From: an uncultured Acidobacteriota bacterium
GTDB taxonomy: Bacteria > Acidobacteriota > UBA6911 > RPQK01 > JAPXNP01
Assembly: GCA_964524795.1 (NCBI GenBank)
Contig: CAZGEH010000016.1
Coordinates: forward strand, 6,889-70,888
Direction of reading: 5' to 3'
DNA length: 64,000 nucleotides
A program made the position numbers and the translations under genes. Shown one piece after another: positions 10,146 through 18,596 of the stretch (its first letter is position 1; each line of letters starts with the position of its first letter). A model generated the notes under the pieces. That model worked only from the letters and a program-made list of their open reading frames with translations, did no database searches and had not been told where the DNA came from.

Positions 10146-12014
10146 ATGGACAAACAGCGGGAACGGAAAGCCGACCTCATCCTGGGAATCGTCGTCGGCA
10201 CGCTGGTCCTGGCACTGGGTTTGACGGTGTTCCTCAACAATCCTTTCCGCAAGCTCCAAGGCTCATCAGTGAAGCAGGCGGCACCCAAATCCTCCGGCTG
10301 GGATCTGTCCTGGCTACCGCGCCGCGGCGGCTCCGACCAGAGGCCGACTTCGCCGGTGTCTGACGAGGGGGAAGAGCCAACCCAGGACAACTCCGATTGG
10401 CCGGACGGCCCGGTGGTCCGAGTGCTGGGCGACACCCGCTTCGAGTTTGTCTTCGTTCCCGCCGGCAGCTTCCAGATGGGCTCCGAGAGCGGGCCTTCCG
10501 ACCAGCGGCCTGTCCACCCGGTCCGGATTCTCCGGAAGTTCCACCTAGGCCGCACCAAGGTGTCGGTGGCCCAGTTCCGGGCTTTTGTCGAGGCCACCGG
10601 TTATGTGACCGATGCCGAGCAGCTACGGTGGGCGGGGGACGCTCTGCGCGGTCCGCCCGAATCCCCCGGACGCTACCGGAACTGGCGCTCGCCAGGCTTC
10701 AGCCAGGAGGCCGACGAGCCGGTGGTGTGCATCAGCCGCCGGGACGCGCTGGCCTTCACCCGCTGGCTTTCCGAACAGCTCCAGGAGCCGATCCGCCTGC
10801 CCACCGAGGCGGAATGGGAGTACGCCGCAACCAGACAAGGGGGAGCCCACACAGGGTCCGAACCGTCATCGGCCCCGCGGACCGCTGCCAGCCGGACCCA
10901 GCCTCCCCCACCGGGCTCTCCCGAGCGTCCCTCCGACATGGGAACCAACGCGCTGGAGTGGTGCCTGGACGTCTATCACGCCTCCTACGACGGCGCACCA
11001 TCGGAGTCCAGGCCCTGGCTGACCGAGGTCTGGCTCCCGGCACCGGCCGCCCGCCATGTCCTGCGCGGCGCATCCTGGGCCGACACCGGAGCGGCCCCGG
11101 ATCTCCACCGGCGCCACGCCCGCCTGCCCACCCAGGCGTCCAACACCATCGGCTTCCGTATCGTACGGTCCCCGCTGGAGTGGGGTGACGAGGTGGAAAC
11201 GGTCCGGGACTGGAACACCGCACCGTCCCTGCCCGCCACCGATCCGCCGCCTGCCCTGCCGGTTCTGGAGATCCCCTTGAGGACACTGCCCGCCGGCAGC
11301 TTCGAAATGGGGTCCGCCGCCGTCGGCCCCTCCGCCCAGCCGGTGCGAAAGGTGAAAATCCGTCCTGGTCTGGCCATGGGGGCGACCGAGGTAACCGTGG
11401 GACAGTTCCGCCGGTTCGTGGAGGCGACCGGCTATGAGACCGACGCCGAACGCCTCGGGGGCGGATTCGTGCTGGATCGCGACGGCGCCTGGATCCCTCG
11501 GCCGGGCGTATTCTGGCGGGAGCCGGGTTTTCCCCAGACCGATGAACACCCGGCGGTACTGATCAGTTGGTGGGATGCCATGCAGTTCTGCCAGTGGGCG
11601 GGCGGCGTCTCGGGCGTGACCGTCCGACTGCCCACAGAGGCCGAGTGGGAGTATGCCTGCCGCGCGGGTGGTCGCGAAGACAAGTTACCCGGTGTGCTGG
11701 AGCAGTCGGCATGGTATCTGGGCAACTCGAATCACCAGAGCCGGCCGGCAGGCACCTTGGCGCCCAACGCCTGGGGGATCTTCGACCTTCGCGGCAACGC
11801 CTGGGAGTGGTGTCTGGATTCCTGGCATCCGGACTATCGGGGTGCGGCTCCAGACGGGCGGGCGCGCTTTACCGGGCCGTGGTTCGACCCGGTCCTGCGC
11901 GGCGGAGCCTTCGCCAGTCCCAGATGGTTTCTCCAGGCGTCCCGGCGGGAGCATGCCGAGTACCCCACACGGATCACCCAGACTCAGGGATTCCGGCTGG
12001 TGGCAGAGTTCTGA
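10146..12014 (+). CDS. Membrane-anchored protein with two FGE-sulfatase (SUMF1/EgtB/PvdO-like) domains
   Basis: N-terminal TM segment; two copies of F.MGS, F..FVEATGY.TDAE, RLPTEAEWEYA, EWCLD and GFR motifs. Confidence 0.85.
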   Translation: MDKQRERKADLILGIVVGTLVLALGLTVFLNNPFRKLQGSSVKQAAPKSSGWDLSWLPRRGGSDQRPTSPVSDEGEEPTQDNSDWPDGPVVRVLGDTRFEFVFVPAGSFQMGSESGPSDQRPVHPVRILRKFHLGRTKVSVAQFRAFVEATGYVTDAEQLRWAGDALRGPPESPGRYRNWRSPGFSQEADEPVVCISRRDALAFTRWLSEQLQEPIRLPTEAEWEYAATRQGGAHTGSEPSSAPRTAASRTQPPPPGSPERPSDMGTNALEWCLDVYHASYDGAPSESRPWLTEVWLPAPAARHVLRGASWADTGAAPDLHRRHARLPTQASNTIGFRIVRSPLEWGDEVETVRDWNTAPSLPATDPPPALPVLEIPLRTLPAGSFEMGSAAVGPSAQPVRKVKIRPGLAMGATEVTVGQFRRFVEATGYETDAERLGGGFVLDRDGAWIPRPGVFWREPGFPQTDEHPAVLISWWDAMQFCQWAGGVSGVTVRLPTEAEWEYACRAGGREDKLPGVLEQSAWYLGNSNHQSRPAGTLAPNAWGIFDLRGNAWEWCLDSWHPDYRGAAPDGRARFTGPWFDPVLRGGAFASPRWFLQASRREHAEYPTRITQTQGFRLVAEF

Positions 12015-12744
12015 AGCAGCCTGTCTGGAGAGACGCCAGGAAGCCCTTCACCTCCAGGGCCACGTGATCCGCCATGACCTGACGTGCAGCCGCTTCCGCC
12101 AGCCCACCGGCCAGCTGCGACTGGTTGAATTCCAGCTCCAGGCCCAGGTAGCTCTCGGGGGAAAACCGCCGGCGCAGCCAGGTGGTCAGGCCGTCGGAGG
12201 TCCCCCTGTAAGGCTGGTTGAACCGGATCCGCCAGTCCGGCCGCACCGCCTGCAGGGCAACCCGGATCCGGCCGGCCAGTGCCTTCTCCCGGATTCGATG
12301 CGGATCGAAAAGGATGCCGACATCCACCGCTCTCGGCTTGCCCTTCCACTCCGGGGTGAAGCTGTGCACGGACAGATGCACCAGCGTCACTCCGGCGGCA
12401 CACAGCCTGGTCACCCGCCGCTCCACCCGGCGGCGGTAGGGCCGATAGTAGCGGCGCACGATCTCGAGCTTCTCCTCCCTGGGCAACCGCCGGGTGAATT
12501 CCGAGAACTGACGGGGGTGTCCGGGTGAGCGGTTGAGGTCCACCAGCAGCCGAGTGACCCGCGACACGATGGGGACTGTCCCCAAGGTCCGGCCCAGGTG
12601 CCGGGCCAGGGCTTCGGCGCCCGGATCCCAGCCACGGTGAGAGGCCAACAGCCCCTCGGCTCCGGCAAACAGCCCCGCATAGCGGAGGGGAACCCGTTTG
12701 CCCCCGTGCTCGCAGGTCACCAGGACGCCGAAGGCATCAGGCAT
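11974..12744 (-). CDS. N-formylglutamate amidohydrolase family protein
   Basis: VLVTCEHGG, HRGWDPGA, SRLLVDLNRS-like segment, SVHSFTP, NQPYRG; ATG 12744 overlaps the end of the upstream gene. Confidence 0.85.
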   Translation of the reverse strand: MPDAFGVLVTCEHGGKRVPLRYAGLFAGAEGLLASHRGWDPGAEALARHLGRTLGTVPIVSRVTRLLVDLNRSPGHPRQFSEFTRRLPREEKLEIVRRYYRPYRRRVERRVTRLCAAGVTLVHLSVHSFTPEWKGKPRAVDVGILFDPHRIREKALAGRIRVALQAVRPDWRIRFNQPYRGTSDGLTTWLRRRFSPESYLGLELEFNQSQLAGGLAEAAARQVMADHVALEVKGFLASLQTGCFRTLPPAGIPESG

Positions 12745-13972
12745 CGAACAGCGTTCCCTGAGCGAGGCAGTCGGCCAGCCGCCGGTACTGCCGGAGCAGC
12801 CCATCGCGTCCGGGAGCCGGGCCCAGCGCCCGCTGCAGGCGCTCCGCCAGGGTTCCCTGCGCCAGCAACCGTTCGGCGGTTCGGGCCTGATCGGTCGCCA
12901 TTCGGGGGCCCAGCCGCTCCAGCAGTTCCCGCCAGACTGCGTTCGCCGTCAGCGGCCGGCCGGGGTCAAGATCAAACAGCGAAAGGTACTCCCCATCCTC
13001 GATCCAGGCGGCGCCCCCCTGCCGGATCGAAGAGTCCAGAACCGGTACCAGGCGTTCGACGGGGAAAGCCCAACGCGTGCGCTCGCCCCCCGGGAGCCGC
13101 TCCTCCGCCAACGCCCGCAACACCTCCACGATCAGCCCGTAGACTGCCATGTCCGCCTGCGGGCATTCCTGGACGTCCAGCACACGAACCTCGATGGTGT
13201 TCCGCTCGAAACGGGCAATCGCCCCCCGGGAATTGAGCCACTCGTAGCGGAGCACCCCGTCCGGATCCCACGGCTCGATGTCGGCGTACATGGGCGCCAG
13301 GATCTTCTCCCGGTATTCCTCCTCCGTAAAGAGGGGTTCGGGAATAACCCGCCCGGTGATGGACGGGATCCGCTTCTGGTTGTCCCGGTAAACCGCCAGC
13401 CGATTGTCCGCCAGGCCGGTGAGCCGGCCGTCCATCACCGGAGAGGCGGCCGCCAGGGCCGGCATCAGGGGCATCACCAGCCGGATCGCGGAGTGGAGTC
13501 GGCCGAACTCCTCGTCGCCGGCAAACGGGAGGTTCATGTGCAGGCTCTGCAGGTTGGACCACCCGTGCCCGCGGCAGTCGAAAATGCGGTCCAGCGTCGA
13601 ATAGACGGCGCTGTACTCGTGGGGCCACAGGCGGGTTTCACGCCAGGGGTCCATCCAGGGATGCATCCCCCCGGGCATCAGCCTTCCTCCCAGGGGTTCG
13701 AGGATCCGCTCGATCTCCTGGGCCGACGCCTGGAAAAGAGGCGCCAGCCCGTCCAGACCGGGGGCGGGCCCGTTGGTTTTCAGCTCGATCACGTGCAGGA
13801 CCAGCTCGTTGGACCAGGCCAGGGAGTCCCGTTCCACTTCAGCGACGTAATCGCCGGCCACCGCCTTGAGAACCTCGTCGGTCAGAGGCAGAACATCCAG
13901 GTGGTCGCGGTCCACGAGCATATACTCCAGTTCGACTCCGAAGACCTCGAACAGATGATAGGCCCGGCTCAA
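12737..13972 (-). CDS. Glutamate-cysteine ligase family 2 (GCS2) carboxylate-amine ligase
   Basis: FGVELEYMLVD, NELVLHVIELKT, GGMHPWM, QSLHMNLPF, NSRGAIARF, IEVRVLD. Confidence 0.85.
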   Translation of the reverse strand: MSRAYHLFEVFGVELEYMLVDRDHLDVLPLTDEVLKAVAGDYVAEVERDSLAWSNELVLHVIELKTNGPAPGLDGLAPLFQASAQEIERILEPLGGRLMPGGMHPWMDPWRETRLWPHEYSAVYSTLDRIFDCRGHGWSNLQSLHMNLPFAGDEEFGRLHSAIRLVMPLMPALAAASPVMDGRLTGLADNRLAVYRDNQKRIPSITGRVIPEPLFTEEEYREKILAPMYADIEPWDPDGVLRYEWLNSRGAIARFERNTIEVRVLDVQECPQADMAVYGLIVEVLRALAEERLPGGERTRWAFPVERLVPVLDSSIRQGGAAWIEDGEYLSLFDLDPGRPLTANAVWRELLERLGPRMATDQARTAERLLAQGTLAERLQRALGPAPGRDGLLRQYRRLADCLAQGTLFDA

Positions 13973-15435
13973 GTATTCCCTTTCAGCCGGTCGAGGCGGC
14001 GGGCGAACACCGACATCACTTTCAGATAGAGCTGTTCCTTGAGGACGGCATCCTCGAATCCGGCATCAACACTGGGATTGTCGTTGATTTCAATGACGAA
14101 GTACCGGCGGCCGACCTGCTTGATGTCAACCCCGTAAAAGCCGTCGCCGATGAGGTTGGCCGCCCGCAGGGCGGTCCGCACCACGGCCACCGGTGCGACG
14201 TGGACGGGAAAAGTCTCCACCTTTCCCGACACCGTCCGGCCCTCGCCCGCGTTCTTGATGATCTGCCAGTGGCGCCGGGCCATGAAGTACTTGCAGACAA
14301 AGAGAGGTTCGCGGTCCAGGATGCACACCCGCCAGTCGAAAGGCGTGGGAAGGAATTCCTGGGCAATGATCAGTTCCGAACGGTCCAGCAGGCGGTCAAG
14401 ACTGGCCTTCAGCTCCTCCTCGGTGTGCACCCGTGTCACTCCCTGGGAGAAAGAGCTGTCCGGCTGTTTGAGAATGCAGGGCAGACCCAGTTCAGCGGAC
14501 ACCCTGTCCTGATTGGCCCGGCTCACCACCAGTGTCCGCGGCGTCGGGATCTTGTGGCGGTCCAACAGCTCAGCCAGATATACCTTGTTGGCGCACTTGA
14601 GGATGGAGGCGGGGTCGTCGATCACCACCAGGCCCTCGGCGGAGGCTCGGCGGGCAAAACGGTAGGTGTAGTGGTTGACGCTGGTGGTATCGCGGATGAA
14701 CAGGGCGTCGAACTCCGCCAGCCTCCCGTAGTCGACCCGCTTGATGACTTCCGCCGAGAGGTCCAGTGCCTCCGCGGCCGCCAGGAAGCGGCGGATGGCC
14801 TTCTCGTCTGAGGCCGGCGTCTCGCCCCGGGGGTCCCACAGGATGGCGATGTCGTAACGCGGCGATGCGCGCCGGCGTCCCTTGCTGCGGCGGCCTTCCA
14901 GGTACTCCCGTGCAGCGTCCTCCAGAAACGGCCGGTGCCCCTCCGGGATCTCGCTGAGCGCGATCGGACTGATATCCTGGACCTCCCAGCGGTCACCCGC
15001 CCGGCGAAACTGGGCTCTCAGCAACGGGGCCTCGAAGAGGCGGAACAGGCTCAGGCTGAGGCGGTCATAGCGCTTCGCCACGTTCTTTCCGAAGTAGATG
15101 CTCAGCGTGAACTCCTCCGACCGGATCGGCGCCAGACTTTGCTGGATCAGATCATCCACTTCGTCGGAAATCGTGCGGAAGATTCCCTGGCTCTTGAGGT
15201 CCTGGATGGTGGTCACCGACGGAATCGGTTTCTGGCCCCGCGCCTCGGCCAGCAGGGAGACGTAGTACCCGAGGCTCTGATAGCGGTATGAACGGCACAG
15301 GTTGAAGACTTTGGTCCGGCGCATCAGGCTGAACCGCCGTTCGGTGAGGTAGGCACGGGCCGACACGATTTCCACTCCGGGTATCCGGAGCGGCCAGTTG
15401 GCCGGGTTATGCACCACCAGCAGAGTGTTGTTCAA
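13969..15435 (-). CDS. RimK-family ATP-grasp ligase with N-terminal RLAN-type domain
   Basis: NLCRSYRYQSLGYYVSLLAEARG N-terminus; LKQPDSSFSQGV, DWRVCIL, FYGVDIK, IEINDNP. Confidence 0.85.
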   Translation of the reverse strand: MNNTLLVVHNPANWPLRIPGVEIVSARAYLTERRFSLMRRTKVFNLCRSYRYQSLGYYVSLLAEARGQKPIPSVTTIQDLKSQGIFRTISDEVDDLIQQSLAPIRSEEFTLSIYFGKNVAKRYDRLSLSLFRLFEAPLLRAQFRRAGDRWEVQDISPIALSEIPEGHRPFLEDAAREYLEGRRSKGRRRASPRYDIAILWDPRGETPASDEKAIRRFLAAAEALDLSAEVIKRVDYGRLAEFDALFIRDTTSVNHYTYRFARRASAEGLVVIDDPASILKCANKVYLAELLDRHKIPTPRTLVVSRANQDRVSAELGLPCILKQPDSSFSQGVTRVHTEEELKASLDRLLDRSELIIAQEFLPTPFDWRVCILDREPLFVCKYFMARRHWQIIKNAGEGRTVSGKVETFPVHVAPVAVVRTALRAANLIGDGFYGVDIKQVGRRYFVIEINDNPSVDAGFEDAVLKEQLYLKVMSVFARRLDRLKGNT

Positions 15436-15438
15436 GGC

Positions 15439-16176
15439 TTATGCGCTCTCCGCGGGCTCGATCAGCAGCAGGTTGGCATCGTAGGTGAGCGTCCCGAGCA
15501 GGACGGACGAGATGACACGGTCTACCCCGACGCGGTAGTACTGGCTGCGGGCCACCGGATTGGGCAGATAGGGGTCAGCCACCACGACTTCCCTGGTCGA
15601 GCGATCATAACCCGCCAGCAGGACAAAATGGCCGGTCGGCTCCCCCCGCACGTCGTCGTAGTCGCGGTCGGTCTCCCGGGGGCAGTTGTACAGGTAGGTG
15701 GCGCTCAAACCGGTGAGGATGGGGTGCCCCCGGCTGAGAAACCGTTCGATCAGGGCAGCAGTGAGGTCCTCGAACAGGACCTTGCCGCCCAAATCGAGGA
15801 ACTCAAGGTACTCTATGCTCACCCGCCGCAGCTTGCGACCGGACTTGTGCCGGAGCTGCTCTCTCAGCTTTTCCGCCAGATCCGTTTCGTTCTGGAACCA
15901 TGTGGGGTCGAAAACCTGCAGATTGTAAGTGTAGATTGTGGCCTGGAACCCGTTTCGCAAAGCATGATTCCCCAGGCTCACCGCCACGGTTCCCCCTCCC
16001 TCGAGCTGGTACACCTCCTCGATCACGCGCTGTAAGGGAACGTCATATCCATAATAGCGGTACAGGGCGTGGAGGCAGGTGGGCCCGCAGGTCTGGTCAT
16101 CCGGCTGCGGCAGGATTTCCAGCTGGATCTCGTGCCCCGAGCCGCTGGCCAGCGTTTTCTCCCCCATGGCAGTCAT
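15439..16176 (-). CDS. Peptidase C39-like protein
   Basis: QPDDQTCGPTCL (catalytic Cys) and GHFVLLAGYD (catalytic His); start could be the second ATG (MGEKT). Confidence 0.8.
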   Translation of the reverse strand: MTAMGEKTLASGSGHEIQLEILPQPDDQTCGPTCLHALYRYYGYDVPLQRVIEEVYQLEGGGTVAVSLGNHALRNGFQATIYTYNLQVFDPTWFQNETDLAEKLREQLRHKSGRKLRRVSIEYLEFLDLGGKVLFEDLTAALIERFLSRGHPILTGLSATYLYNCPRETDRDYDDVRGEPTGHFVLLAGYDRSTREVVVADPYLPNPVARSQYYRVGVDRVISSVLLGTLTYDANLLLIEPAESA

Positions 16177-16249
16177 CGATTATATGCTCCGGAAGGCTGT
16201 GGCGCCGGACCTGGGGCCCGCTGGCGCCGGCGGTGGGTGCTGGGGGGAC

Positions 16250-16272
16250 GACCCGGGCGGGACGCCCGGGTC
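16250..16272. repeat. GC-rich palindrome GACCCGGGCG-GGA-CGCCCGGGTC (REP-like)
   Basis: Perfect 10-bp stem with GGA loop; core repeated at 16491-16509. Confidence 0.6.
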
Positions 16273-16490
16273 ACCACGGCCCCGGGACGGTTTGCGCCGC
16301 CGGCACGACCGTTTCGATGCAACCGCCGTAGCACGGCCGTCTCGGCCGTGCAACCGTTCAGGGGGCGGCATTTCGCGTTTGCTCTCTGGCACCCCTTCAG
16401 GGTGCCGTCCCTGTGGTTGGTCGCACGAGGCAGGATCGTCCGCACACAGCGATGGGAAGAGGGCACGGACGACGGGCGCCTGCCGTCCAA

Positions 16491-16509
16491 CCCGGGCGGG
16501 ACGCCCGGG
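16491..16509. repeat. Second copy of CCCGGGCG-GGA-CGCCCGGG palindrome
   Basis: Identical 19-nt core to 16252-16270. Confidence 0.6.
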
Positions 16510-16672
16510 CTACGGCGGGCCCCTGGACGGCTCTATCTCCCGCCATCCGCAGCCCGGCCATCTCGACATCGCCACCCGATCGGACTCCTGGGCTGATTGC
16601 GGCCGCAGCCGTCGCAAGCCAGCCTTTACTCGTCTGGGCGGGGAAGTTAAGCTTCCGCGCGGAGTTCAGTTG

Positions 16673-18250
16673 ATGCCGACAGCAACCTCTTCGAGCTCTT
16701 CCCTGTGGCCCGTATCCCTGCGCATTGCCGCGTTCCTGCTCCGGACGTTGGTGGGCTGGCATTTCCTCTACGAGGGTCTCGCCAAATTCCTTGACCCTCA
16801 GTGGACCTCTGCTGGCTACCTGGCTCAGTCGCGCTGGCTGTTGGCCGATCTGTTCCGCTGGATGGCATCGGAGCCGTCGGTGCTGAGGGTGGTGGATCTG
16901 CTGAATATCGCCGGCCTGATCGCCGTCGGTGCCGGCCTGATGCTGGGTGTCGGTGTCCGGCCGGCCTGTCTGGTGGGAGCCTTCCTGCTGCTCCTCTACT
17001 ACGTGGCCAACCCTCCGCTGGAGGGTCTGGAGTTTGGGAGCCCGGAAGGGAAATACCTGCTGGTCAACAAGAACCTGATCGAGCTGGCGGCGCTGGCCGT
17101 GTTGGGCCTGATGCCTTCAGGGCTGCTGCCGGGTCTGGGTCGGCTGTTGAGCTCCTCCTCTGAAAGCAGCACCCCCATGGCCGCACCGCTACGGGTCCGG
17201 GTGCCCCGCGAGGAGAACCAGTGGATTGCCCGGAGTGCCGCCGGACGGCGCGAGCTGCTCAGGAATCTGGCTGTGGTTCCTTTCGTGGGCGCCTTTGTAC
17301 TGGCGGCGCTCAAGCGCCACGGGTGGCGGAGCCACGAAGAAGATGCGCTGGTTCGGGTCGACACCACCAGCCAGGCCTCGGTACGGACCGCATCCGCCGC
17401 CACGCTGGATCACCTCAAGGGGCTGGCGCCCAGAGGCAGACTCGGGCGACTGGAGGTCAGCCGGATCATCGTCGGGGGCAACCTGATCAGCGGATTCGCC
17501 CATGCCCGTGACCTGATCTATGTCTCCCCCCTGCTCAAGGCGTATTTCCACGACGACAAGGTGATCGAAACCCTGTGGCTCTGCGAGTCCGCCGGGATCA
17601 ATACCGCCGTCCTGAGGACTGACGCGGACACCATCCGCATCCTGGAGAAATACTGGAAGAAGGGCGGCCGGATCCAGTGGATCGCCCAGGTCTATCCCAG
17701 AGAGAACGACGTCGCATCCAACATCGATCTGGCTCTGGACCACGGGGCGGTGGCCGCGTTCATTCAGGGAGGCATTGCCGACGATTTCATCAAACGCGGC
17801 CGGCTGGACCTGATGGAGCAGGCATTGGCCCGAATCGCGTCGCGGGTTCCGGCGGGGACCGCGGGCCACGCCCTTCAGACCATCCGCGCTGTGGAGGAAG
17901 CGGCCTTTCCGGCTGACTTCTACATGAAGACCCTGCACCACGAGAACTATTGGTCCGCCCGGCGGCCCGAACAGACGGAAGACGTCGTCTCCAACAAGGC
18001 GGACAACTACTGGGCCCTGGCCCCGGCCGAGACGATCGCCTACATGCGCGGGATCCACAAACCCTGGATCGCCTACAAGGTCCTGGCAGCGGGGGCGATT
18101 CCGCCCGCCGACGGGTTCCGCTACGCCTTCGAGAACGGTGCGGACTTCATCTGTGTCGGCATGTTCGACTTCCAGGTGGTGGAGAACGTCAACGTGGTGG
18201 GACAGCTCTTCCAGCAGGGCTGGCAGCGCAGCCGCAACTGGATGGCGTAG
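16673..18250 (+). CDS. DoxX-family membrane domain fused to an aldo/keto-reductase-like barrel
   Basis: LRTLVGWHFLYEGLAK...LLVNKNLIE (DoxX); GRLEVSRIIVGGN...PWIAYKVLAAG...GADFICVGMF in the C-terminal part. The ORF-track start at 16079 adds non-protein-like sequence. Confidence 0.7.
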   Translation: MPTATSSSSSLWPVSLRIAAFLLRTLVGWHFLYEGLAKFLDPQWTSAGYLAQSRWLLADLFRWMASEPSVLRVVDLLNIAGLIAVGAGLMLGVGVRPACLVGAFLLLLYYVANPPLEGLEFGSPEGKYLLVNKNLIELAALAVLGLMPSGLLPGLGRLLSSSSESSTPMAAPLRVRVPREENQWIARSAAGRRELLRNLAVVPFVGAFVLAALKRHGWRSHEEDALVRVDTTSQASVRTASAATLDHLKGLAPRGRLGRLEVSRIIVGGNLISGFAHARDLIYVSPLLKAYFHDDKVIETLWLCESAGINTAVLRTDADTIRILEKYWKKGGRIQWIAQVYPRENDVASNIDLALDHGAVAAFIQGGIADDFIKRGRLDLMEQALARIASRVPAGTAGHALQTIRAVEEAAFPADFYMKTLHHENYWSARRPEQTEDVVSNKADNYWALAPAETIAYMRGIHKPWIAYKVLAAGAIPPADGFRYAFENGADFICVGMFDFQVVENVNVVGQLFQQGWQRSRNWMA

Positions 18251-18264
18251 GGGGGGATGGGTAG

Positions 18265-18416
18265 CGGGGTAACGGGGTTGCGGGGTTGCGGGGTAACGGG
18301 GTAACGGGGTAACGGGGTAACGGGGTTGCGGGGTAACGGGGTAACGGGGTTGCGGGGTAACGGGGTAACGGGGTAACGGGGTAACGGGGTAACGGGGTAA
18401 CGGGGTTGCGGGGTAA
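18265..18416 (+). repeat. Tandem 8-mer array (CGGGGTAA/CGGGGTTG) x19
   Basis: Counted directly: 19 consecutive units. Confidence 0.95.
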
Positions 18417-18440
18417 CGAGGTGCCTGGAGGCCATCCGAG

Positions 18441-18596
18441 AACCCCGCAACCTCGCTACCTGCTACCTCGCAACCTCGCTACCCCGCTACCTCGCTACCT
18501 GCTACCTCGCTACCCCGCTACCTCGCTACCCCGCTACCCCGTTACCCCGTTACCCCGCAACCCCGTTACCCCGCTACCTCGCTACCCCGTTACCCC
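18441..18596 (-). repeat. Inverted copy of the same 8-mer array (CGGGGTAA, CGGGGTAG, CGAGGTAG, CAGGTAG variants on the minus strand)
   Basis: Plus strand reads ccccgcaa, cctcgcta, ccccgcta, ccccgtta repeats. Confidence 0.9.

Noticed and set aside
16079-16672. 198-aa N-terminal extension of the DoxX ORF
   Set aside because: Arg/Gly/Pro-rich, crosses palindromic repeats and overlaps the C39 gene. It is open only because of high GC.
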